Below, piece after piece: positions 44,810-53,344 of a stretch of DNA of 54,137 bases. Position 1 is the stretch's first letter. Every line of letters begins with the position of its first letter. Position numbers and translations under genes: made by a program. The notes below the pieces were generated by a model. That model made no database searches. It was not told the DNA's origin and saw only the letters and a program-made list of their open reading frames with translations. Origin of the DNA: a virus (taxonomy: Duplodnaviria; Caudoviricetes); IMG/VR virus record IMGVR_UViG_3300020233_000010, positions 1 through 54,137 of that record. The stretch is one strand, 5' to 3'.

Positions 44810-45007
44810 TTAACTTTTAAGTCTAGCTTCTGCTTTGTGCGCCAATTCATCTTTCTTACGATCTTCATTCTCTAATGTGAGAAATGCTTGCCACTCGCTA
44901 ATCTCATGACTGCTAATTCTAACAAGCATTTCTCGTACCGTCATCCCGCCCAACTCACGCGCTAGAGAGAAGAAGAATCTTCGCTCGTGGTTGGTTCTGA
45001 GTTTTTT
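44810..45007 (-). CDS. Tail assembly chaperone -1 frameshift extension (gpGT-like)
   Basis: Slippery A AAA AAC at 45007-45001; the -1 frame reads LRTNHERRFFFSLARELGGMTVREMLVRISSHEISEWQAF... to TAA at 44812-44810. Confidence 0.85.
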   Translation of the reverse strand, partial: KKLRTNHERRFFFSLARELGGMTVREMLVRISSHEISEWQAFLTLENEDRKKDELAHKAEARLKS

Positions 45008-45351
45008 ACTAACTGCTCCACATCTTCACCACTTAAACCGCTAAGACGTTGAGCCACTGAGAACACTTTGTCCAAGGCAGATGCACTCTTTTTTCCTAGC
45101 TCGACAGCATCTTCTTTAGAAAACATTCTAGAACCGTCTTCATTAACTACAGTTAACGCTACCAAACGAGCGCGTAGATTTTTATGGTTAACCTGAACAT
45201 CCTTTCCTTTCATGCTAATGGATTCAGATTCAAACATATCCCTTTCTTCGCCAGTCAGTCCTCTAACTAGAACGCTACCATCCCATTCTGTTACTGGTAC
45301 GTTCTCAGTTTTAAGATCATCCGCTGCAAATATATCTTCACGATTCAACAT
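44962..45351 (-). CDS. Tail assembly chaperone (gpG-like)
   Basis: V.EW.G.V.VRGLTG.ERD.FE, DG.R.F...D...LG.K...L..VF..AQRLSG. Confidence 0.88.
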   Translation of the reverse strand: MLNREDIFAADDLKTENVPVTEWDGSVLVRGLTGEERDMFESESISMKGKDVQVNHKNLRARLVALTVVNEDGSRMFSKEDAVELGKKSASALDKVFSVAQRLSGLSGEDVEQLVKNSEPTTSEDSSSL

Positions 45352-45401
45352 TTTAGTATTCTCCTTATATCGGGTTGTGATTAATGAGTGCCCTATTTAA
45401 C

Positions 45402-45809
45402 TTATGCTGTTGCTCTTGCCAGTGTTCCGGCAGATTGGATTGAGATACTGGTCGTAGCAAGATCTCCAATTGAATTTCCTAATGGCGGGTAGTTCTCAAG
45501 AATACCTGTACCACTGTAGGAAGGATTTGAAGTTCCGACCGCGCTAGAAGTAGGTTTAAGAGTTACTGTAAATGTAGTACCCACCAATGGAAACAGTATA
45601 GAATCCAGTTGAGATGCGGCGAAATCTTGTGCCAACTCAACATCCATAGACCAGTCTTTCAAACCGCCAAGTCTCCGCCTTGTATCGTCGCCCATAACCG
45701 TACTGTCTTGCAATTCAGCAGCGTAGTTAATAGTAACTGACTTTACATTAGCAGAAACATCATTACCACCAATAACAACAGACGCATCTGTTAAAACTAT
45801 CTTTGCCAT
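45402..45809 (-). CDS. Major tail tube protein
   Basis: Directly upstream of the chaperone; D.T..G...R.RLGGLKD, NPSY.G. Confidence 0.78.
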   Translation of the reverse strand: MAKIVLTDASVVIGGNDVSANVKSVTINYAAELQDSTVMGDDTRRRLGGLKDWSMDVELAQDFAASQLDSILFPLVGTTFTVTLKPTSSAVGTSNPSYSGTGILENYPPLGNSIGDLATTSISIQSAGTLARATA

Positions 45810-45821
45810 TTTACTTCTCCT

Positions 45822-46550
45822 TTATTTAATACCAACTGAAACAACAAACGCTATAGAAGGTGATGTTCCACCTATCGTATAATTAATTCTCCACCAATCA
45901 TCAGTTATAGATCCTGCTACTGGAGTCGCCCACTCAGAACTGACTATTGTTTTCTGACTGAATGTAAATCTATTTGATGGAGATGCAAACCCAGAAGCAC
46001 TATCGCTCTGTACTACAACATCAAGTGTAGGGGATGTTCCACCAGCACTTAATACATGCAGAGCAGCAAACATTTTCTGTGAAGACGAAACTGCTCCCAA
46101 CTGTCTTGCCGTACTATTACCGCTTGCAGATAATGTTCCATTCAACATTATAGTTCCGCGTATCAAACCATCCTTTGAAGATTCACCTTCAACTGAGAAT
46201 GAGAACATGTCACCTATGGAAGCTCCAGGGTTATATACTCCTACGGTTACAGGCATAAAGAACCCTACCTCACCGGCCACTCCTGCTATAGGACCGACTG
46301 TCATAGGTACATCTATAAGACCAATTTTATTAAATAATATATCATCAACATTATCAACGCCGCCGCTCCAATACCCTTCATGAGCAAAAGTTGATACTTT
46401 CAAACCGCCCTGTCTAGTTCTTGTGTCTTGCCCGAATGTAGTGTTGTCTTGCATTTCTGCACTATAATCTAAAGCCAGAGCGTTCATATCGCCAGAAAAA
46501 TCGTATCCATCTACATACAGTTTGCAGTTTTGCAGAACTTGTTTTGACAT
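45822..46550 (-). CDS. Tail tube paralog with an additional C-terminal beta domain
   Basis: N-terminal half aligns by eye with 45402..45809 (Y.AE.QD.T..G.DTR.R.GGLK). Confidence 0.7.
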   Translation of the reverse strand: MSKQVLQNCKLYVDGYDFSGDMNALALDYSAEMQDNTTFGQDTRTRQGGLKVSTFAHEGYWSGGVDNVDDILFNKIGLIDVPMTVGPIAGVAGEVGFFMPVTVGVYNPGASIGDMFSFSVEGESSKDGLIRGTIMLNGTLSASGNSTARQLGAVSSSQKMFAALHVLSAGGTSPTLDVVVQSDSASGFASPSNRFTFSQKTIVSSEWATPVAGSITDDWWRINYTIGGTSPSIAFVVSVGIK

Positions 46551-46562
46551 TTTATCTATCTC

Positions 46563-46976
46563 CTATACTTCATTTATGTTAGTTCTAAACCTCATAACTC
46601 CATGCCTAGTTATACCATCCGGGTCTAAAGATACATTGGAAGAAAATTCGTGCATCATTCCTGCAAAGCTGAACCCTGCTACACTAAGACTAGATTTATG
46701 CAGCAAGTCATATATGCGTTCCATTATCTGCCTAGTTTCTTTTGTCCCTCTATACCTAGACCATATATGGATATTGTTAAGAACAACTTGACCGGCCTTA
46801 CCCATAGTAGAATCGTCTGTTGCACTATGCTCGCCTATCGCTACATGCGGAAATGAAGTTCCGTCTTGACTTACATGATCGTGTATTCCACCTGTAGCTA
46901 GTGCAGTAAGAGTTGCATCACCATCTAGCTTACTAAATATTGCTTTCTGTAATTCTAAGACTCCATTGGTACTCAT
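46563..46976 (-). CDS. Tail terminator (DUF3168-like)
   Basis: LQKAI...L, IHDHV, FP.V.IG, IHIWSR..G..E, DPDG.TRHGV. Confidence 0.85.
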   Translation of the reverse strand: MSTNGVLELQKAIFSKLDGDATLTALATGGIHDHVSQDGTSFPHVAIGEHSATDDSTMGKAGQVVLNNIHIWSRYRGTKETRQIMERIYDLLHKSSLSVAGFSFAGMMHEFSSNVSLDPDGITRHGVMRFRTNINEV

Positions 46977-47425
46977 TTTGAAATCCCCCTTAATACACTT
47001 TTAACAGCTTTCTCAATTTTCTTAGTAGCTTTCGGAGCTACAAAGTCGAAAGCAGGTTGAAGCCATGGACGCGGTTCCATATTCTGTGTGCCGAATTCTA
47101 AATATTCTCCATACTTGGCTTGGCTTATATCATTTATTCCTATAGAAATACTCAATCCTTTATTGCTTGGAATCGCTTGAATAGAATTAACCAAGTTACC
47201 AAGATCAATTCCTGGAGGCTCATCAGACGCAGATGCAGTGTGCGAAACACTTTTTCTTGTATAGGTTATTCCTGTCTTTGCTTCACGCATAGAATCTATA
47301 ATACTATTTCTAAGGTCGTTACCGGCTTCAAAAACTGCCTTGGCAACTTCTGCAGTTATAGCACTAGGAAGCTTACCAAGTTTTCTACTTAGCGATTTTC
47401 CACCTGTAATACTTAGAATAGACAT
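46973..47425 (-). CDS. HK97 gp10-like tail completion protein
   Basis: H.AS...EPP..D.GNL.NSI, Y..YLEFGT.NM.PRPWL.PA. Confidence 0.88.
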   Translation of the reverse strand: MSILSITGGKSLSRKLGKLPSAITAEVAKAVFEAGNDLRNSIIDSMREAKTGITYTRKSVSHTASASDEPPGIDLGNLVNSIQAIPSNKGLSISIGINDISQAKYGEYLEFGTQNMEPRPWLQPAFDFVAPKATKKIEKAVKSVLRGISK

Positions 47426-47763
47426 TATGTACCTACACCTTCTTCAGCTATTATTTCCAACCACTGATCATCTTCGTTAATATTTATTGAAGACTTTATA
47501 TTAAAAATTCTTGAATTAAAATTCACTCTCATACCTGTAGTTATTCCTGATCTATATCTTATCGTTATCTTATGGGTAACTTCTGATTGTATCTGCATAG
47601 CTCTTAGTTTTTCAAATCCTTTGAGCGGCTTTACCCTTGCCCATACAGTAGCGAATGTCGCCCATGAAATAGTCTTACCACCGTATCCATCGTCAACTTC
47701 AGTAGAATTTTCAATTATAATTCTTTTATCTAATTCGCCAATAGAACACGTGTCTTTGCTCAT
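47425..47763 (-). CDS. Head closure protein (SPP1 gp16-like)
   Basis: GEL..RI.I, D.YGG...W...ATVWA.V, ITIRYR..I...MRV. Confidence 0.9.
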   Translation of the reverse strand: MSKDTCSIGELDKRIIIENSTEVDDGYGGKTISWATFATVWARVKPLKGFEKLRAMQIQSEVTHKITIRYRSGITTGMRVNFNSRIFNIKSSININEDDQWLEIIAEEGVGT

Positions 47764-48389
47764 AACGTTATAATCCTATAGCTTGACCACAACATCTCAG
47801 CTTCGGATTCACTAGCCGCTTTCTCAACAGAATCTCCACGGCACTGAAACATTTTAGAAATAAGCTTTAGCATTCCATCTCGCAATTCTTGAGGCACATC
47901 TTGTGGAGCTATTCCATACCCACATACAAATACTATTTCAATACCATTCGCAACTCTTGCAGTAGTAGGCCAGCTAGAACCAGAACGTACCACTATCCTT
48001 CCTGGCTCACTTACTGAATCTACAAAGTAATTACTAGAAGCCCATACAGTAGCGACATCTGCATCGTCATAGGTTGTTATTGACGTTATAGATTGCAATG
48101 GCGCTTGCGGTAAATCTATGCTGTCTCTATTGTGGGGTATGTCTGCTCCTTGCCTAGTACCGTCCCACCAATCATGAGAAGAATTAAAACTTGGCCAGTT
48201 ATCAAGAAATAATTTCCATGTCTGTGTAATCAATGCTCTGCGTGTAAATCTTTCGCACATACGCCTTGACGAAACTATTAATTCTGATATAAAAGCATCT
48301 TCATTATTATCATCTTGCTTTATATAATCCCGCACTTGCTGCATAGTTACAGGTTCTACAGATGGCGCTGTTACTAATAAAGTATTCAC
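47760..48389 (-). CDS. Head-tail connector (HK97 gp6/phiE125 gp8-like)
   Basis: P.VEPVT, E.FT.RALITQTW, LP..PLQSI, GYG....VP. Confidence 0.9.
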   Translation of the reverse strand: MNTLLVTAPSVEPVTMQQVRDYIKQDDNNEDAFISELIVSSRRMCERFTRRALITQTWKLFLDNWPSFNSSHDWWDGTRQGADIPHNRDSIDLPQAPLQSITSITTYDDADVATVWASSNYFVDSVSEPGRIVVRSGSSWPTTARVANGIEIVFVCGYGIAPQDVPQELRDGMLKLISKMFQCRGDSVEKAASESEAEMLWSSYRIITL

Positions 48390-48688
48390 TATCCTACCTC
48401 CTTCCTTCTAGCATAGAATTCGTAATTTTCTGTACCTATTATATTTCCAGTTCCTATGAATCTGCCTATATGTCTTCCTGGCTTTGCCATAGTCCAATCT
48501 ACATAATAAATTCCTGTTCCTTCTTTAACCAGTTCAGAATCTGTTCCAAATACATATGTAGTTTCTACACCATCTGGCTCTCTAATCTTAAAGTTTATAG
48601 TAGTAGGATCTGCTATTGTTCCTGCAGTATCTTTGAATGTAGCTTTCAATCTTCTACTATCACCAACGTCATACGCTATAGTTGTCAT
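48389..48688 (-). CDS. Small Ig-like virion accessory protein
   Basis: GD...L.ATF.D..G...DPT....I..PDG...TGIY..D....PG; beta-rich. Confidence 0.6.
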   Translation of the reverse strand: MTTIAYDVGDSRRLKATFKDTAGTIADPTTINFKIREPDGVETTYVFGTDSELVKEGTGIYYVDWTMAKPGRHIGRFIGTGNIIGTENYEFYARRKEVG

Positions 48689-51336
48689 TATGAAACTCCT
48701 ATACTTATAGATTGACCTGTATCTGCTATTGAAGTATCTGGCCCAGAATCTACATAAGTTATGTACCCAGATGGAGGAACTTGGCTGGTAGTTTGTACTA
48801 TTGGAGCCGTAGCCACTAAAGAAAGATCAGCAGAAGGAACGGATAAAGATATATTCTTAGTAACTTCAACAGTTGGCGCACTAGAAACAAGAACAAGATC
48901 AGCAGATGGTACAGACATTTGCTTGTTATTAGAAGCCGATACTATAGGAGCTGTCGATGTTAAAGATAGATCTGCCTTGTCTATTGTTATAAATTTATCT
49001 ATACTTAAAGATGGAGACGTAGCTACTAAAGAAAGATCAGCAGATGGTACAGATAAAGATATATTTTTAGTAACCGCAACAGTTGGAGCAGTTGTGCTAA
49101 GAATTAAATCAACACTTGCTGGAACCAACTGAGCTTTGTTAGATAAAGTAGAAGACGGTGCAGTAGTAGATAGTAATAAATCTACAGCCGGTACAGATAT
49201 AGATATATTCTTACTTACTGATACAGAAGGTGCAGATGAAGACAGCATTAAATCAGCAGCCGGTATACCTACATCTATGTTATTTCCTACACTTATAGAA
49301 GGTGCAGATGAAGACAGTAATAAATCGGCAGTAGGTACAGATATAGAAATATTTTTAGTAACCGCAACAGTAGGAGCAGATGAAGATATTAACAAATCGG
49401 CTGCAGGAACATTAATACCTATACTATTCCCCGCTGCAACAGTTGGGGCAGATGAAGATAGCAATAGATCAACGGTCGGTACAGATATAGAAATATGCTT
49501 ACTTACCGCAACAGTAGGAGCAGACGAAGATAGTAGTAAATCAGCAGGCGGCGTTACTATACCAATAGCATTTGATAAAGAAACAGTTGGAGCCGTAGTC
49601 GATAGCAATAGATCAACGGTCGGTACAGATATAGATATGTTTTTAGTAACCGCAACAGTTGGAGCTGTAGCCGATAGTAATAGATCAGAAGAAGGTGTCG
49701 ATAAAGATATGTTTTTAGTAACGGCGACAGTTGGAGCCGTAGCTGATAGTAATAAATCAACAGAAGGAACAGATACATCTATACTATTTCCTACAGTTAC
49801 AGTTGGAGCTGTAGAATCCAATAGTAAATTAGCAGTAGGGACGGATAAAGAAATATTTTTAGTAACTGCAACAGTTGGCGTTGATGTTGTTAGAGAAAGA
49901 TTGGTCGTAGGAACACCTATACTGGTTCCTCCAGTCGTATAAACAATCGTAATCTTTGCGGCTTGAGTTGTATTCCTGCCATAATCCTGGAATTGCCAAC
50001 GTGCTCCCGTTGATCCGCCATTTTCCTTTAAAACAACTCCTAATGCGTTGCCCGACGCCCAGCCAGCTCTATCAACTATCTCCTGAATAATGGCCGTTGC
50101 ATCATCAAGCGTCAGCCAGCTCTCATCTAACCAGTCACCCCCAGAAGTGTATGTTCTGTCAACTAATGCTGTTGTTTGCGCTATTTGTGATGGACGGTTA
50201 GAGCTGCCAAACACTGCAACGTTATCAACATTAAAGCCTTGCATTCTTGTGACAATATTGACAGCGCCATTCGTCCACTTCATAAATATTTCTATGGTGG
50301 CGCTACTTATGGTGGCTCCATTCGGAATAGTTACATTCGTCCAAGCCATTCCCATATCGTAGGGAACACCGCTTGCTAAGCCGACTCTACTACCATCTGA
50401 ATCCTGCCCGCTCGCCTGCCATGATGAATCATTAGTCTCTTGCCCATCGCGATCATTAGCGCCGACTTGTACAGGGCCAAAAGTAGGATCAAACCTTATA
50501 TTGCCAGCGGGTAAGGAATTAAGTTGCGCGGCTTTAGCGCCGACGAACATATAAGTCCCACCGCCGAACTGATTTTCTGTATCAATCCAAATCCGCTTGG
50601 TAAGTTTTACATTCTGTTCGTTATCTTTACCTCCGGCATAGGCGTAATCAATTGGCATGAAAGCAAGAAGGTTATCAAGTGAATCCCTTAGCTCAATTGG
50701 AAAATCTGAATCGTCAAAATCATCAGGAGCAACTATGCCATTCTTTACAATCTTTGGGATATCAGACAGATCAATCTTAAACACCATACCGAAATAGGTT
50801 TGATTAATCGGTGTACTTGGCGCGGGTATTAATGCTCTTGTGGATGCACTTAAAACAACATCTAATTTAAGCCTGTCACCATTCGCGCTTAAATCAATAT
50901 CAACACCAGTGAAGATATTAGCCCACTTTGCAGATAGTCCAATGGGTAATTGTTCTTCGCCAGTATCAAAATATTCAACATTTGAATTTAGATTTGATCG
51001 CTGATATGACGGGGAGCCAGATAAATCAGAAAATGATCTAGTTGGAAAATGGACATATCCCATTCTTTGCAAGCGAAAGAAAACATTGTTCTGCCCTTGC
51101 CTACCACCAAAGCCAAACCAGCCATCAACGCCTGACTTCCTGCCTACCGAATAATGATAAGCCGCACTCTCAACCTTCCAGCCATCCAAAGGTGTGGTTG
51201 AGGGGGTGGGAGTGAAATCTACTGGCTGGCTACCTACTCCAAAATGGAGCGAGTTAAATCCAATGACAGTTTTAACTGATCCACCAATATCATAGGATTT
51301 ACTATTAGCAGTCCTCCTATTAATTATCTCAGCCAT
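48688..51336 (-). CDS. Large virion fibre/adhesin-like protein with a C-terminal 24-aa Ser/Thr/Pro-rich repeat stalk
   Basis: Globular N-terminal domains (VTIP.GATI.SA.I, IIQEIVDR.GW..GNAL), then about 16 repeats of VPxADLLLSSSAPTVAVTKNISIS. Confidence 0.7.
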   Translation of the reverse strand: MAEIINRRTANSKSYDIGGSVKTVIGFNSLHFGVGSQPVDFTPTPSTTPLDGWKVESAAYHYSVGRKSGVDGWFGFGGRQGQNNVFFRLQRMGYVHFPTRSFSDLSGSPSYQRSNLNSNVEYFDTGEEQLPIGLSAKWANIFTGVDIDLSANGDRLKLDVVLSASTRALIPAPSTPINQTYFGMVFKIDLSDIPKIVKNGIVAPDDFDDSDFPIELRDSLDNLLAFMPIDYAYAGGKDNEQNVKLTKRIWIDTENQFGGGTYMFVGAKAAQLNSLPAGNIRFDPTFGPVQVGANDRDGQETNDSSWQASGQDSDGSRVGLASGVPYDMGMAWTNVTIPNGATISSATIEIFMKWTNGAVNIVTRMQGFNVDNVAVFGSSNRPSQIAQTTALVDRTYTSGGDWLDESWLTLDDATAIIQEIVDRAGWASGNALGVVLKENGGSTGARWQFQDYGRNTTQAAKITIVYTTGGTSIGVPTTNLSLTTSTPTVAVTKNISLSVPTANLLLDSTAPTVTVGNSIDVSVPSVDLLLSATAPTVAVTKNISLSTPSSDLLLSATAPTVAVTKNISISVPTVDLLLSTTAPTVSLSNAIGIVTPPADLLLSSSAPTVAVSKHISISVPTVDLLLSSSAPTVAAGNSIGINVPAADLLISSSAPTVAVTKNISISVPTADLLLSSSAPSISVGNNIDVGIPAADLMLSSSAPSVSVSKNISISVPAVDLLLSTTAPSSTLSNKAQLVPASVDLILSTTAPTVAVTKNISLSVPSADLSLVATSPSLSIDKFITIDKADLSLTSTAPIVSASNNKQMSVPSADLVLVSSAPTVEVTKNISLSVPSADLSLVATAPIVQTTSQVPPSGYITYVDSGPDTSIADTGQSISIGVS
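48787..49914 (-). repeat. About 16 degenerate 72-bp (24-aa) repeats
   Basis: Counted from the translation. Confidence 0.9.
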
Positions 51337-51387
51337 TTACTATATCCCTTTGTACAGATTCAACTCATCTACTATTTTAAACCATTA

Positions 51388-51843
51388 TTAATTAAGCTCA
51401 AAGACACCGTTGGCAGAAGGAGTGACTGTAAGAGTGTTGCCGGTTGTCACACTAAATTGAGAAGTAGATAGTTGAGAACGGCATACTAATTTCTGCAGTC
51501 CAGCAGACGCGCCACTTGTTACACTGTATACGACACCGAATTTTGCAGCACTAATACTTCCACCGGAAGCAGACCAGATAGCGGCTGTTGCATCGAAACG
51601 CATTTCTTTAGCAGATGCACCAGTTGCCCACGTAACTCCGGTCAAAGCTTTTCCGCCTAGAACATAACCATTGGCGGAAGCCACTTCTCCGGTCACTTGG
51701 CTCCGTGTAGAAAGTGTATCTGTCGCAGCGTTAGACGCGCTTGTAAACAAACCGAGATTGAAAGTATCAGACCCAAGATTGATAGTCCCATCTGCCATAT
51801 ACTGCTTGAACTTGTTATAAAACTTCCACGCGCTTGTTGCCAT
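51388..51843 (-). CDS. Conserved-looking virion structural protein, possible fibre base
   Basis: Y..FK...DG.I.L..DTF...L, EV....GY..GG.AL, FDA...W.ASG.SI, G.TLT. Confidence 0.65.
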   Translation of the reverse strand: MATSAWKFYNKFKQYMADGTINLGSDTFNLGLFTSASNAATDTLSTRSQVTGEVASANGYVLGGKALTGVTWATGASAKEMRFDATAAIWSASGGSISAAKFGVVYSVTSGASAGLQKLVCRSQLSTSQFSVTTGNTLTVTPSANGVFELN

Positions 51844-53344
51844 TTTCTATTCCTCCGTTACTTTCAATATTAGCCGTATAGATCTCGGCTCCTTTTTCCA
51901 TCATGTAAGAAATCAATCCATCTCCATGAACATTCAATTCAAACTCTCCTCCAACGCTCTTAACAAATTCTTTAAAATCGTTGGCTTGGTCTACCATCCA
52001 TTCATTGCAAAGAAAATCTTTATTAAGACACGTTACTTTCCGCACCTCCTTTCCATCATTTTCTGATTGTATATACGCATGGTGGTTCCCATCCATATAA
52101 CAAGAATCAAATCCATACACATCCATTCTTCTAAATCCTAACATTCTCATCAACCATATAGTACGCAACGCTACTGTTGAACCGCCTATTACAAAGTGAT
52201 AATTTCCAAAGTAATAATTATCTAATACTTTCTTTTCTTCTGTACCGTCATCCAAAGAATGAAAGATGTAAAGTTCTTGGTCTTTCAGTGCTTCAAATAT
52301 TGATGGATGACATTGTGAAGCTATAAAATACTTACATCCTTCAATTGGCTTCTTTACAAACTTCAGATTTATTTCTCTTGCATCTACCATCACCATTACA
52401 GAAGGTTTCATTCCTCTTTCTATCAGCCAATCGTGCGTTCCATTAACTGCTACCAACTTAGTTCCTTCGTTATACTGACACCGCAAATCTATATATGTCT
52501 TATTCAAACTTGGTCCGCCAGCTACTACAGCAATAGATTGATCGTTGATCGGATACGGCTGTGCTTGCGGCAACTGTAACTTTATATTCGATTCAATATT
52601 TGAAATACGTTTAGACAGCGGAGTATTTAGCTTTAATCCATCTTTGTTTATTTTCTGCTTCTCACCGTTAAGATTAAACAAGTCAGGATTGACAAAGTCT
52701 TTAACAGCTTCTTTATCAAATTTTTGACCCAGAAATACTTCGATCACCTCCTCCAGCTCGTCATAGTTACCGCGCACAATAGATTCCGATGATATTAATC
52801 TACAGTTATTTACCGATTGGACAAGATCCCTTATTCTAAACAAATATTCCTCAACCCATTCAGACCAGAAATCTTCGCCTTGTTGTAAATGGTGGTTCAT
52901 AAAAGAACGGATGCAAGATTTAACTATGTCTTCTTTATCCCTTGTCACTACTATCCACTTAGCATCTGGAAAGCTGGTATTCCACGGCCTCCACATCAAT
53001 GCAAGCTTGGCGTCTTTATATAGCCACTGACCGCCAAGATATCCGTTAGATAATATTAGCTGTTCTGTTATAAAAGCAAGGTCCACAGGGTTGTCAAAAC
53101 ATGCAGCCGGTAAAGGACTAATTCCAAACATGTCATAACCATGTGAAGATAGTAATGTACGAACAGCGCCGTCCCTTATACTACTGTTCTCGTAAAATCC
53201 TACAGGGTTACTAATATTAGGATTCGCACACTCACCAATCCAAACCCCATGCCTTGCAACAATGCCCGACACCATAGAAGTGCCAGATCGCGCCGGTCCG
53301 GTAATAAGTATAGGACTATCCATTATCATTGCCTCCACTTTCAC
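51815..53344 (-). CDS. Fusion of an N-terminal sulfotransferase and a C-terminal Maf/DUF115 (MptE-like, sialyltransferase-fold) domain
   Basis: PILITGPARSGTS, NP.GFYE, WLYKD; second domain IAVVAGGPSL, AVN....L...G.KP...VMVD, ASQCHP, GGSTV, LGFR....YGFDSC, HAY. Confidence 0.8.
   Translation of the reverse strand: MKVEAMIMDSPILITGPARSGTSMVSGIVARHGVWIGECANPNISNPVGFYENSSIRDGAVRTLLSSHGYDMFGISPLPAACFDNPVDLAFITEQLILSNGYLGGQWLYKDAKLALMWRPWNTSFPDAKWIVVTRDKEDIVKSCIRSFMNHHLQQGEDFWSEWVEEYLFRIRDLVQSVNNCRLISSESIVRGNYDELEEVIEVFLGQKFDKEAVKDFVNPDLFNLNGEKQKINKDGLKLNTPLSKRISNIESNIKLQLPQAQPYPINDQSIAVVAGGPSLNKTYIDLRCQYNEGTKLVAVNGTHDWLIERGMKPSVMVMVDAREINLKFVKKPIEGCKYFIASQCHPSIFEALKDQELYIFHSLDDGTEEKKVLDNYYFGNYHFVIGGSTVALRTIWLMRMLGFRRMDVYGFDSCYMDGNHHAYIQSENDGKEVRKVTCLNKDFLCNEWMVDQANDFKEFVKSVGGEFELNVHGDGLISYMMEKGAEIYTANIESNGGIENGNKRVEVL

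Noticed and set aside
48761-49942. Long plus-strand ORFs 48761..49132 and 49136..49942
   Set aside because: Antisense shadows of the repetitive fibre gene, with no RBS and opposite to the operon direction.
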